DNA from: Rhina ancylostomus
Taxonomy: Eukaryota
Direction: 5' to 3'
DNA length: 64,000 bases
NCBI GenBank assembly: GCA_030265395.1
Contig: JARFYF010000059.1
Coordinates: 12,540,563 to 12,604,562 of the forward strand
Of this stretch, positions 50,863 through 63,862 are shown in pieces (within the stretch, counting starts at the first letter, position 1; every line of letters begins with the position of its first letter). The position numbers were made by a program, and so were the translations under genes. Below the pieces are notes generated by a model, which was given only the letters and a program-made list of their open reading frames with translations, was not told the DNA's origin and did not search any database.

Positions 50863-53800
50863 GTTTGAGCTTTTGATCTTCCCAATGTTTAACTGAGGAT
50901 ATAGCAGCTTGTCCAGGACTGCATAACACAGAAACAGACAATGGAGGTGTCAAGGGAGTGGTGACATGGAGCCAGTAGTTGTCAATGTTTGCAACCTGAG
51001 GTCATGTCTTTGGATGATGAAGCTGTGAGGCAGGGTGTGGAGAATTAATAGGAGGGACCAAAGATAAATCCTTGAGCGCAGATCCAATGCAGGGTTAACA
51101 AACTCAGGACAGACAAGCGCTAAAACCTGAAGTCTTCTTGTGCTCACTGGACAAAGAATAATCTACCTATCCGCACATGCAGATCAACCATTTCTGAGCA
51201 ATATCCTTGGGCAAATACCATATGTTGCTGGAACCTGCATATTTAGAGAATAGTTATGGTGATATTTCATTCTGTTAGTAATGTTCACCTATATTAGCAA
51301 TCACATCATCATGTACTTCCCATTCAGATTTAACATGCAGAATAAAGCTCTTTCTCTGCTCCAACAATACCAATCCCTGTAGAATCAATTCCCTCCAACC
51401 ACCCCCCACCCCAACCATCCCTCCAACTGCACCANNNNNTGTCTCCACTTCTCTTGAAGGTTGGCCTAGTGTTTGAGTGAGACTTCAAATTAGGTGTCGT
51501 TTTCTGCTGTTGTTCCACATCCTGTGAACTAAGTTGATGTTGGGACAAATTTGATCATTACAGATCAACATCACCAGAGGCTTATATCCCACCAGCTTTC
51601 AGATTCAGAGGAGAGTAAAGGCCCAATCACATTGTGCAAAATCCCACTAATTGGGATTTAGCTATTGGCTGCTTCAGATGACATGTGATCAAAAGGATTC
51701 TCAATTCTTACTTGATCTGCTTGCTGCAGTTGGGCAAGTTACTCTCCAGTGACTCTCTGGCTTTGAGGAAGGTTCTAAATAGGAAAATGGTTCATTTTAG
51801 ACAGGGGAGATTTCTCGGACCATTTCACATTGCCCCACTGAGAGTTCCATTCCGGAGCTGACCAGAGTAGCCAAACATTTTGTTCCTTCGCTCTCCATTT
51901 AAAGAAGCGGTTGACCTCCCTTTGAAGGACCAGGAATGATATTGGGAACTCCAACCCTGCACATTGGAGCATGGCCCAGGCAGAAACATCTTGCCAAAGT
52001 TTGGTTAAATGCCAAACGAAGATTGAAGAGTTTGTTACTTTGAGTAAGATAATGAAAGAGTCATGGAGAGATGCAGCAAGGAAACAGCCCATCAGGTCCG
52101 CACCAACCATCAAACACCCACTTACGCTAATCCTACAATGATCCCATTTTTGTATAGTTTCTGTTTGTATGAGCTCAGCTCAGTTGTTGGAACTTGCCTG
52201 TTATTCAGAAGGTCTTTGGTTCAAGCCTCATCCCAGGGACTTCATCTCCAGCGCAGCACTGAGAAAGCCCTGCATTTTTGAGATCTTTCATCTGGACTAT
52301 TTGTAGGATCGCACCTTTAAATAAGGTGTGATCGGCCTGTCAGCATTCCATGGTGTTATTTGAAGAAGAGTGGCTTCCATTAACAAGCACCTTCTAAATG
52401 GATGAATGGATCATCTGGTGCTTTCTTGGTTATGGGACCTTGCTGTGCACATGTTGATACCCCATTTTCCTGAGGTAAGAACACTGAGTGCACTGAGAAT
52501 ATAATATGTTAGTCACTTCTGCATTGGAATATCCTGGGCATGTGAAACATTTTGTAGAAATCTAAATTACCATTTTCTATTTTCATTATCTCAGCTTCCC
52601 ATTCTCCAATGGTCAGTAAGCTTTAAAAATTAAACACTTGTTGGTGGGTGGCTTCTTAAGTATATTTTGTCATACTCCTTTGGGAATTTGAGGAGGAATT
52701 CATTGAGCACAAGACTTTACTGGGATTAGTGCCGATGAACAGCTATCAGATTACGGCTCTTTAATAAGCAATGGGCCAACAGCATTTGGTCAGCATATGT
52801 CTGGAAATGACAAATGCCCCAAGGCCCAGACCATAAACCCAGACTTTATACAAGCCTTCAGTCCTCAACTTTATGGCTAAACAGATGTGAGAGATCCTGT
52901 ATGAAAGTATTAGTCTCAGAAGCCCCTGCACTCTGGATGCAGAAGGCAGATAAAAACAAGAAACTGTGGTATCCGTCGATAACAGAACTACAGCTGTTCA
53001 CTGCGCCAACAACGCCAGTTGTGGTGGTCGATAACTGAGCAAATAGTTCCCCTTTTCCAGAGCTCTATCCTTTGTTTAATACGGCAAGAGGCAGATTGAA
53101 ACAATCAATGAAAGGGCCAACAAGTATTAATTTTTTGTCCTGTATAGATTCTAGATTAACAGAATTTGGTTTAAATTGGCTGAGATTGCAACTCAATCTC
53201 AGAAATGGGATAAACAGAAGTGGGATGCAGGGGAGAAACAAATGAATAATAATTCTTATATCTGTCTATTTTAAAAATCTTGAATAACCAGTGCACATCC
53301 TCTGTATAAACCTTACCTCCTTCTGTCACAGTATTACATAATTTTTCTTAATTTATATTGAGTTTTTCTCTGTAAACTGTCACATTATTCCAGGCACATT
53401 AGGTGTCCTTGTGCAAGTCTCTTTGCAAACTACAAGCGATCAACCACTTTTAATGATAAAAAGGCAGCTTGAGAAGGCAGATCATGAGCAATAATCAGTA
53501 AAATGTTTAAAAACTGCATGTGTAACAAACACTTCCTGCAAATATTATACATGCTCACACATTTCTACATCCATTTCTGGTGAGCTGGACAAAACTCTGA
53601 GATGACCTGTCAGCTCTTCAGATCTCTGACCGCCACACACACAAATTTTGTTCTGACGTTTTACAAAATGCAAGCCAACCTGACCTTTAATTAGTCCAAG
53701 GATATGTTTGTGAATAAGTAATCCATAATTGACCGAAATTACACAAGTCAATTTTAGGTTTATTTTTCTCTACAACTGGGTCATCCTCAGGAGCAGTTTT

Positions 53801-53954
53801 GTTGAATCCACCTGGCTTATCTTCAGCTTGCAGTTGGCTCTCTCTCAAATTATGAAATCAGCTGAAGTTTGACCCATTATTCACAGAATAAATGCTGTGC
53901 TTTAAGCAGGGTAACAGTCATGTTCTGAAATAATAATCGGCCATGCCGTACACA

Positions 53955-54360
53955 AGGACAAGAACACAAGAAAATAGGAGCGGGAGTAGCCTCCTGGTCC
54001 CTCAATTCAATATGAAACTGCTGAATTACATTTGCCTCAACTCCTGAGCCAATTCTCTGGAGCTCTCAATTCCCCAATCTTTCAAAATTTACCTACCTCC
54101 ACCTTAAATACTTACAGTGATCAAACCTCCACAACCCTCGCAAGTGGGGGGTTCCAAAGATTCACCAACCTCTGCAAAAAACTTCTGCACACCTCAGTTT
54201 TAAATGACTGGCCCCTTGTAACTATGTCCCCTTGTTCAGGATTCTCCCACCAGTGGAACCATCTCAACATCTACCTTGTCATTCCCCCTCAGGATCTGAT
54301 CCGTCTCAGTAAGGTCACTCACTCTTCAAAGTCCAAAGAACACAGACCCAAGTCAGCCAT
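53955..54360 (-). mobile_element. Decayed CR1 LINE 3' end
   Basis: caagaacacaagaaaataggagcgggagtag tail and ttccaaagattcaccaacctctg...tttaaatgactggcccctt, related to 41050-41330 and 58310-58480. Confidence 0.65.
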
Positions 54361-55097
54361 GTTTTGAGACTTCCTTATTGCTACATTGGCTTTGGGTTCA
54401 ACAACATTTAGTTCCGCCATATCCCTGCCACTCCTTCAGAACTCCCACCCTCCAAGAAAGCCTCATTCCGCCATCTTTGGCCACCTGTGCATCCCAATTT
54501 TCTTCATCCCAGGCCAGCCAGGCACTAAATTCTGGAATTCCTTTCCTAATTCTCACCATCTCTCTGCATCTCTGCTCAACAACCCCCCACCCCCCACTCC
54601 TCTGACCAAGGCTTCGCTCACCTCTCTTTGTATCTCCATGTCACTCAGTGTCCAATTTTGCCAGATATTCTTGTGAACATTCTTGGGACATCGTGCTGTG
54701 TTAAATTTGCTGAAACGAATATAAATGGTTGTTTGGGCAAAACTTTAAATTGTCACACTTTGTAACAGGTATAAAAATACAAATCAAAGAAACACAGCCG
54801 TTCCTTGCTGATGCTAATCATGGAAGCAGTTGACCTTATTATGAGAGACCTATACATATTGGCTGGTTCCCAACACACCAGTTTCCAGCAGTTACTGTAG
54901 CCTGAAGAATACAGTCACATTTAACAGTCACATTTACCAGCTACCTGGATGAGCACTTGAACAATCACTCTCCAGGGAATCTCTCTTGAAGAGCTGAGAT
55001 TGGCAGTTCCACTGGCCAAAACCTCAAAGTAGGAAGAACCTTAGTAGCTTTACTTTTGGTCAGTATGGACTCAATTGGCGAATGAGCTTCTGTGAAG

Positions 55098-55247
55098 ACA
55101 CAAGAGATTCTGCAGGAATCTGGAGTAACACACACAAAATACTGAAGGAACTTCAGCCCTGATGAAGGGTCTCGACCCAAAAAGTCAACTGTTTATTTCC
55201 CTCCATAGATGCTGCCTGACCTGAGTTCCTCCACCAGTTTGTGTATG
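55098..55247 (+). mobile_element. Penelope-associated mini-element with decayed hammerhead motif and 15-bp flanking direct repeat
   Basis: CAGCC-CTGATGA-A-GGGTC TC GACCC-AAAAA-GTC-AACTG (55154-55191); tgagcttctgtgaag at 55083-55097 and 55248-55262. Confidence 0.8.
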
Positions 55248-55461
55248 TGAGCTTCTGTGAAGTAAGTTTCCATAATTCAATGATCTACAGAGGATGATGA
55301 GAGGGATGAGGTTTCTTTATTAGTCACATGTACATCGAAACACACAGTGAAATACATCTTTTGCGTCAAGTGGCAGAACTGCAAAGTATTAGAGCTACCT
55401 GGACAAGATTGGGCTTGTCCAGATAAGATAGCTGTGTAACTGGGTCACATTGCAAAGTGGG

Positions 55462-55787
55462 GTAGTACAGTGGCACAGCGAGTAGAGCCGCTGCTTCACG
55501 GTGCCAGAGACCCAGGTTTAATCCTGAATCCAGTGCTGCCTTTGTGTGTGATCTCTGGAGCCTCATGGGTTTCCTCTGGGTACTCCAGTATCTTCCTGCA
55601 ATCCAACAAAGTGCAGCTTGGTAGATTAAGTAAGCCACTCCAAATTGCTCCTAATGTCCAGTTTAGTGGTAGAGTCTGGGCGGAGTTGATGACAATGTGG
55701 GGACAATAAAAACATTAATGGATGGTTGATAGTCAGTGCAGACTCGCTGGGCTGAAGGGCCTGTTGCCATGCTGTGTGACTCCATGA
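55462..55787 (+). mobile_element. V-SINE copy
   Basis: gtggcacagcgagtagagccgctgcttcacggtgccagagacccaggtttaatcctga...gggtttcctctgggtactcc...gggctgaagggcctgttgccatgctgtgtgactccatgac. Confidence 0.85.
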
Positions 55788-58512
55788 CAATGCCACAAGC
55801 CAAGAACTTGGAAGTAAGAGGAACCTAAGTGGTTCCACTTTTGATCAGTGTGAACACAACTGGCAAACGACCTCCTGTGAAGTAAGCTTCCTTCACTCTA
55901 CGATCTGCGGAGAATGATGAGAAAGAGACTTGGGAGGGCAGAATTGCAAAGTTTTAGCAAATTGCACCTTTCGGTAGACTCCTCATACACAAGGCCCAAG
56001 CAAAGGTGAGGCTGTGAAAGAATTCGTCTCCTTGCATTTGAGTTTTTTGTTCACAGGGATAACAACCATTTTGTGTATCTTATTTATAAGATTATGTTCT
56101 GCAGAAAGAGATCATCCAGGGAAATATTATTTGTCTGGCGGGAATAAGAAAAGGTTTGCCATTTTTTATTAAGTTGTCCTCTGACATCGTCAGAACGTCC
56201 CAAAGTGCAGACCAACCAGTGAGTGACTTTCCCAAGTGCAATGGCCGTCATTTAAGTAAATTGACAGGAAGACAATGGATGAAAATCAGAGTCCCCAAAA
56301 ACAGCAGGCAAATGAAGAACTAGTTAACTTATTTTTCCATGATGTTGGTTGTTCGAAGAACTCCCCTGGGGTACTGGCGTGACTCCTTACTATTCCAAAT
56401 TGTGCCTTGGGATCTTCCACAGCCATCGAAGACAACAGACAGGGCTTCATCCAGTGACCGGCAGTGCAGTTCCTCAGAGCTGCACTGGGTTACGTGCTCT
56501 TCTCCTGGAATTGGGCTTCACCCTGCAACTCTGACGCTGCTTTCTGCCTCCACTGCTCCAGGAGATTATTCAGCACCCTTTCTGATTCCAAAGTGACGCA
56601 GAATGGGTCCAACTTCAGTCTATAGTCCATGCTAAATTGGTAGATGTAAATTGGGTGGCACATTTGAATGGCACCTAAGGATGGGTAGGGAATAATTATC
56701 CATACTTCCACTCCTGGTCACTGTCCAGGGAATCTCACTGCTTGTCGTGTGCCTGTTTGTGTGGACAGTGCTGGATCGGGATTGAGGCCTGCTGACACCT
56801 GGGGATTAACTCACGTGTGACCAGCACTCCTGCTGGCAGGGAATGCAGTCCTGTGAAGCTGCACCCAGCTACGGACCTGCACCTTCAGCAGAAGAGCAAA
56901 CTCAGAATCCATGCTGAGCACAGGCTCACGGATAACTGTGGGAAACTGATCCGTGTTCCTTCTGTCTGGTGCTGCTGCTTTGTAAAGCAAATAACAGATA
57001 GAGCTACCAACGCAACAGGCTGTACTAAAGGCAACTGCCAACTAACAGCAGTGGATGGTACAACAATTTATCACATCGTATGATGTGGGACACTCACATT
57101 CACATGTGCTGCTGTGCCTTCCCTTAAAAAAGCAACAATTTAATGCAAAACATTAATTATTTACAAATGTTATACCATCAGTTAACTGGACATGTGGAAT
57201 TCTACAACTAACCCATTATTTATAGACATTTAGAGTAAATAGTTACTCTAAATTTAACCAAACATAAAATTACTCAGTTACTTAGTCTTCTTGACTTTAA
57301 ACTCTCACTGTGTTTAACTTACTACCTTTATATTATTGATTCCAGCTACTGATAATTCTCATGATAGTTCAAATAGACTGTACACATATAACAAATCTTA
57401 CATCTCGTTTTGCAATTGTTATCTAACACAATGTCCCATACCTATAAATACATTCTGTTACACATTTTATAAACATCAGTTGTTAACTGTAAATCTAACA
57501 TTGGCTAATAACAATTATTAACATCTACAGCAGTCACGACCATTCATTTTCAACGTGACTAAATACCATGAAGACAATGGTACCCTGTTCTACTTTGATA
57601 CCTTCAGAAGGCTCTCCATCTACATGCCTCAGCGACACTGTTTTGCAGTCTTGCTTCCATTGAGACTACTTGTAGACATTGGACTAATTCCGCTTTGCTC
57701 CCACTCTTGAAGTCAGTAGGTCTTCTCCAATTGTCACTTCCTGGGTTTTATCAAGTGCTCTCAATTCAGCCATAACTTTTTCCAGCCTCTGTGGTGCTCT
57801 CTGGTTACACAGTAATGAGCTGACATCAGTAAACCCATGTCTGCTGTAACACCTCTCATGGAATCATAAGAGCTTTTGAACCATCTCCATAAAATAACAC
57901 ATCTCTCTTAAAGTATCCAACTTATCTGTACTAGATTCAGGTCATTCTGTAACCCCACAAACAACAGAAGACTTGCAGATGCTCTCTTCTCCAATTCTTG
58001 TGCAGTTCCATCTTGCAGCAGTATCATCTGTGTCAGATGTATTTGCCATCACTTTGGCACTGCTTCTTGCCTCCCACTATATTTGTGGATTTTTGAACCA
58101 GCACTCTCGAAATGTCCTTACGGTTCACGGACTCTGCCTCTGAGCATCTTCCACATGAGGACTGCAAGTATTTCCCTTGCTCCAAAAATGCTAAATAAGT
58201 GCCCACAGATCTTCTGTTTTCCATGTCTGCTGCTTTGGAGCTGCAGCTTGTGACCCTGGTGAGCTGTCAATCTTGGCGCCTCTCAGGTCCCTTGGATGCA
58301 GCCAATGCCCACTGAGACCCTGGTACAGGGAATTCCAAAGATTCACCACCTTTTATGTGAAGAAATCTTTCCACGTCTCAGTCCCAAATGACTTGCCCTT
58401 TATTTTGAGACATTGGTTATTGTTTGTAGACTCTGCAGCCAGGGGAAAGTCTCCTCATTACAGTAAACGGTCCATCCCAGGAACCAATGCAGTGAGCGTT
58501 TGCTGCTTTCCC

Positions 58513-59028
58513 TCTTTGGGGGAGCAACAGCTCTTATTCAAACCTGACGGCACCAACATCAATTTCTCTAACTTCCGGTAAGCCCCTACCGTCTGCTTTC
58601 CTTTCTTCCCCCCCCCAGCTTCCCCCCACCTTTGTTTCCCTCATTCCTATGGCCCCCTCACCCCTTCTCTTTCACCTCCCCTGCCCTCATGACGTTGCCC
58701 CCATTCCCCACCTACTTCCCTTTATTGGGTGGTCCACTGTCCTCACATATCGGATTCCTCCTTCTTCAGCCCTGTGCCTCTTCCACCCATCACCTCCCAG
58801 CTTCTCACATCATTCCTTTTCATCCCCTCTCCCCCACCCACCCACCTTCCCCCTCTCACCTGGACTCACCTGTCACCTACCAGCTGGTGATCCTCCCCCT
58901 AACCTTTTATTCTGGCTTCTGCCCTCTCCCTTTCCAGTCTTGATGAAGGGTCTCGACCCGAAACATTGGCTGTTCATTTGCCTCCACAGATGCTGCCTGA
59001 CCTGAGTTCCTCCAGCATTTTGTGTGTG
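58513..59028 (+). mobile_element. Penelope-like element 3' end: GIY-YIG C-terminal remnant, pyrimidine-rich UTR, hammerhead motif
   Basis: LGEQQLLFKPDGTNINFSNFR* resembles the recalled Penelope ORF end LEEQHLIFRLGxLQPDGMNIDFSNFR. CAGTC-TTGATGA-A-GGGTCTCGACCC-GAAAC-ATT-GGCTG at 58935-58972. Confidence 0.8.
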
Positions 59029-59861
59029 ATACCTGTTTTTAAGTAAGGAGCCAAAATCTGTCCCCAATCCTTCAAGTCTAGTCTCATCAAGGCCCATATA
59101 ATTGCAGTTACTGGCCATTACTGACTCTGTGGGGTATGACAGGGGACTGATCCACACACACACAGATACAAAGTAGGCAGAGATCACGCTCTTTAACGAT
59201 AGCTAATTTCTTCAAGGAATTGCACCTCCGTGTCATATCTCCCACCCTGTGACACGTAAAGCACCAGGCCACTGAACTCATACTCCGAGGTAGAGTGTCA
59301 TGCTCACCATCCACGACAAGGCCTCCTACCTTCTACACCCCGTGACGAGCAGCCTTCCCACTATCAGCACTTACGCGACTCACTGCTCACAGTGTGCACT
59401 TGTCCTGGCCGTGAAGAAGGAGGCCACCGTGTCACGGCCCACTCAGTCATTGTTCCCTGCTAGCATCGAGGACGGTGCACTGAGCAGATCTGCCTCACAG
59501 TTTTAGCACCATCTCCTTACTGATGGCTACTCTGCACTCTCCCTCAAACGTTAAGTCCAGTACATCAAATACATATGTCTGAATTCTCTCATTGCTAATC
59601 CACACTCTAGGAAGTCCAGCAGGAACCAGTCTAAGAAGATTTGTGATTCCCCATTTCATTGTGTATTTGCCAACTATATCCTTTGGTCCCTGGATTAATT
59701 GGACATACTCGTTAACTCTTTGATTCCACCGTCCCCACTGCCTCCCATCCTCATGGTCCTCTCTATTAATTTCACACTTGCTTCCAGCAATGCTTCATCC
59801 AGCATTCCATCCTCACCGCCAGTATAAAGGCTCTTTGACACTGTTTCTTAATGAGGCAAAT

Positions 59862-60330
59862 AACATAGAACATAGAACACTACAGCACAGTACAGGCCCT
59901 TTGGCCCACAAAGTTGTGCCAACATTTTATCTTGCTCTAAGATCTATCAAACCCTTCCCTCACACGTAGCCCCCTATTTTTCTATGAGTCATGTATCTAT
60001 CTAAGAGTCTCCTGAATGTCCCTAATGTATCTGTCCCCACAACCTCTGCAGGTAGTCCGTTCCACGCACCCACCACTCTCTGTGGGAAAAAGTCTCTGAC
60101 TGTCCACTTGATCTATGAACACTACAGCACAGTGCAGGCCCTCTCAGTGTCAAGCCACCTCTCATCCTCCTCCTCTCCAAAGAGAAAAGCCCTAGCTCCC
60201 TCAACCTATCCTCAAGACGTGCTCTCCAATCCAGGAGATATCGTGGTAAATCTCTTCTGCTCCTATCTAAAGCTTCCACATCCTTCCTATAATGAGGTGA
60301 CCTGAACTGAACACAATACTCCAAGTTAGA
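59862..60330 (-). mobile_element. CR1 (HER1-like) LINE 3' end
   Basis: Minus ORF NLEYCVQFRSPHYRKDVEAL...EDRLRELGLFSLERRRMRG; aacatagaacatagaac tail. Confidence 0.88.
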
Positions 60331-61340
60331 TCTCCCAACAAAACACTCTTTATCAAAGGCAGGCAACTCTCAATTAACAGTAGTGACTGATTCACCAATG
60401 ATTTGGGAGTCTGCGGTTTATTAAGAGCATGCAGTTCTTAAAGGGACACACAATTCTTAAAGGGACACTCACACTCATATGTACTACATTGTAGATGTCA
60501 TGAGAAGATCACTAATTATTGAGTCAGAACCCAACCTCTGGTTTCAAGCATTCGTCCAACACTTAAAAATTGTTTCCATGGTAACAGCAATGCTCTCATG
60601 TTTCCCTGAACCTTGGCAGCCTTTAAATCGGGTGCTAACTTCAGAATCCATCCCAACAGATGGGTTGACCAGGTTGTGTTTTGATTTGGGAGTCTGCTGT
60701 TGTGCAGCGTGAGCNNNNNNNNNNATCAGCACCCCCACCCTGCTGTTGCCTGGTGAAACAGAGCAAGTGCCCAGCGGTGTGCCAGAAGGCCTTTCTGCCA
60801 CGCTGTGAGAAGAAACCAATGGCTGAATGCTCGCACAGTACAGTTACCAAGGAAACGGCTCCAACTGGCACCTGACAGACCAAAACTTTCAACTCCTGAA
60901 TGAGGCGGAATTTTTCTTTGTATCATTATCTTTATAGCCTCCCAAATGCAATGAAAGTGACTGCTTAATGTTTCACAGTTGTGCGCTTGTCACAGTTTCT
61001 GGCTGTAATTAGCCAAAGAGCCCTTTAAGATTGCTTCACACTGGCTCATGCTGTCATTCTGAGAGGAGCAAGTCATTCGGGAGGCTCAGAATAGAAGGCA
61101 CAACCCAGCAGCTGTGTGTAATATCTATGAGGGTAGATTGCCTGTACGACAAATTTTGAGATTATACTGTTTTATCAATGAGGCATTGTGCTATCTAATA
61201 CCTTCCACCTCGGCTGAAAGTACATAACAGACTGCTGTTATGTGGCTCAGATTAATTACTGCACACTTCACTCAAGCTATCTCACAGCCTTTCCATTAAT
61301 GTAAGACTTCCCCTGGATAAGATTGAAGTCTCTTTTAAAA

Positions 61341-61990
61341 CAGAGAGAGAAAGAGAANNNNNNNNNNNNNNNNNNNNNNNNNNNNNNNNNNNNNNNNNNN
61401 NNNNNNNNNNNNNNNNNNNNNNNNNNNNNNNNNNNNNNNNNNNNNNNNNNNNNNNNNNNNNNNNNNNNNNNNNNNNNNNNNNNNNNNNNNNNNNNNNNNN
61501 NNNNNNNNNNNNNNNNNNNNNNNNNNNNNNNNNNNNNNNNNNNNNNNNNNNNNNNNNNNNNNNNNNNNNNNNNNNNNNNNNNNNNNNNNNNNNNNNNNNN
61601 NNNNNNNNNNNNNNNNNNNNNNNNNNNNNNNNNNNNNNNNNNNNNNNNNNNNNNNNNNNNNNNNNNNNNNNNNNNNNNNNNNNNNNNNNNNNNNNNNNNN
61701 NNNNNNNNNNNNNNNNNNNNNNNNNNNNNNNNNNNNNNNNNNNNNNNNNNNNNNNNNNNNNNNNNNNNNNNNNNNNNNNNNNNNNNNNNNNNNNNNNNNN
61801 NNNNGGAGGGGGGAGAGTGAGGGCGGGAGAGAGAGAGGGGAGAGTGAGGGTGGGAGAGAGAGAGGGGAGAGTGAGGGTGGGACTGAGAAAGGGTGGGAGA
61901 GAGCTTGGGAGAGGGGAGGCAGTGTTGAGAGAGAGAGGATGTGAGGAGACAGGAGGTTGGGGGGAGAGGGAGAGGGGAGGTGGCAGAGGT
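61341..61990. repeat. Purine-rich (GA/GGA) low-complexity tandem repeat, mostly unresolved (gap)
   Basis: A gggagagtgagggtgggagagagagag unit is repeated at 61810-61885; the gap is flanked by GA-rich sequence on both sides. Confidence 0.85.
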
Positions 61991-62389
61991 AAGCTGAGAC
62001 ACATCATGATCCTGGTCCAGTCAGTGAATGAACCACTCACAGACACACAGATCAGCAAGCCTTGGGTTCAGAGCTGACTTGCTGATTGCAGGCCACCTGG
62101 GCTTAACATTGGCACTGAAGAAGAAAAAAAACTTCCCAAGTCCCCGGTGACAGTCACAAACACCAGGATTGGTGCAGGCTTCCCTCAAGAAAACATCTTC
62201 TTTACTTGGAAATAAATCATTGTTCCTTCATCATCTTCAGGTCCAAACCCTGGAACTCCCTCCCTAACAGCACTGTGTGAGTATCTTAAGCAGCACTACA
62301 GCAATTAAACAAGGTGGTTAACCACCCTCACTATGTAAATGACTAAAATAGAACTGATAGCTTTAGGTGCAAACTATAAACACAAAGGC

Positions 62390-63350
62390 ATTGAGAGATC
62401 ACAGATTCTCCTTATTTAGTCCATAGAAGCCTTCAGTATTTCAGGGCGCTCTGTTAAATCTCACCTTGAGCTCCTCTGCCCTGAGGAGAAGAATGCGAGT
62501 CTCTGCAGGTTGCTGAGGGCCTTTATCCCTGGTGTTGTTCTCCACTGGACTTTCTCTAAGATTTTGACAACTTTCCAGAAGAGTGGTGGTCAGACGTGGC
62601 TACAACACTGCACCAATGCCTGCCTGGTGTTTTAAAACTTCCTTGCTCTTTCACTCAATGCCTTTATTCCAAAGTCAAGAACCTCATGTGCTTGTTTAAT
62701 TGGCACTTGTCCTGCATTTTAAAGGCTTGAATGCAAATACCCCAGGATTCTGTTCCTGTAGCCACATTAAGATTGTATGATTTGATTTATCTCGCCATTC
62801 TTCATTCTGTTTATGAAAGCAAATCACTTCATTTTACATTAAATTTCATCTGTGTGCCTGTTTCATCAGTCTGCCTGTCTCTATGTTGCTATTGTCCTCA
62901 CTTGTTTGTTCCATTTCTGAGTTTGGTGCCATTTGAAATGATTCCCTGTAGACCCAATAACAGGAGCGTAACACTTCCAGTCCTCCACTCCTCCGGCACC
63001 ACTCCCTTACAGAAGATCAGAAGGTTCGGGCCTGAACCTCTGCAGTTTCCACCTTCACTTCTTGCGACCCATGGACTGGTTAACCTTTCATCCTTGAGCA
63101 CCCCCAACCATTTAAATATTTCCTAGAGATCTGTATTTATCCTATCAAAATTGTCCACTGTTTCTTCCAGTGGGAAGACAAATGGAAGGTGTTCATTTAG
63201 ACAGTTGGCCTCACCCTCAGTCCCACCATCCATTCATTATTTATACATGTATAAAAGGTTTCCGGGTTCCCTTTTATGTTATTTAGTAATCCATCCCCAT
63301 ACACTTTCCTTGGCCCTCTTTTTCAGTCCACATCTGCTTTTTGCATTCAA
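62390..63350 (-). mobile_element. Very decayed CR1-type LINE fragments
   Basis: Motifs acttcattttacattaaatttcatctg, tttggtgccatttgaaa and ccatggactggttaacctttcatccttgag resemble reverse-strand CR1 RT region; similar to 39160-39300. Confidence 0.5.
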
Positions 63351-63507
63351 CTTGGCTCTTTTTTAATGATTCATTTTGTTCTTCATGTCAACAATGATCC
63401 AGGTGGTACCAGCTTTGGCTACTCACTGTCTCCTCTTTGAAGGTTTCCCTTCATTGTTTCACGTTTCACCTTCCAACCTTTGATTCCAGTAGACCTGGTC
63501 ATAGGGT

Positions 63508-63862
63508 CGGGCAGTCATACCACACGGAAACAGGCCCTTCAGCCCACAGAGCCTGCACCAACCATCAACAACCCTCTTCCACTAATCCTGCACTCACCCT
63601 ATTTTGTTCTCCCACATTCCCATCAACTGTCCAAGACTCTACTGCTCACCTCCACACTAACAGCGAATTGCAGTGCCCAATTGACCTACCAGCCCTCATG
63701 TCTTTGGAATGTGGGAGGAAGCCGGAGCACCAGGGTGGGTGGGGACCCCGTATGGTCACAGAGGGAATGTACAAATTTCCCACAAACTACCAGATGTCAG
63801 GATTGATCCCAGGTCGCTGGAGCCGGGAGGGAACAGCTCTACCAGCTATGCCTCTGTGCCAT
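63508..63862 (-). mobile_element. V-SINE copy
   Basis: gtctttggaatgtgggaggaagccggagcacc is the reverse complement of the V-domain; tail cacggaaacaggcccttcagccca. Confidence 0.85.

Noticed and set aside
57520-58270. Minus-strand purine-rich stretch followed by AT-rich DNA, resembling a decayed processed pseudogene or transposase
   Set aside because: Hand translation shows multiple stops and no motif I recognise; a tBLASTx search would be needed before any claim.
60435-60468. 15-bp near-tandem duplication ttcttaaagggacac
   Set aside because: Ordinary slippage-type micro-duplication with no functional indication.
61277-62077. Longest ORFs in the track (241-258 aa); likewise those at 6287-6924 and 39759-40478
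   Set aside because: They are open only because they cross N gaps and low-complexity or repeat sequence.
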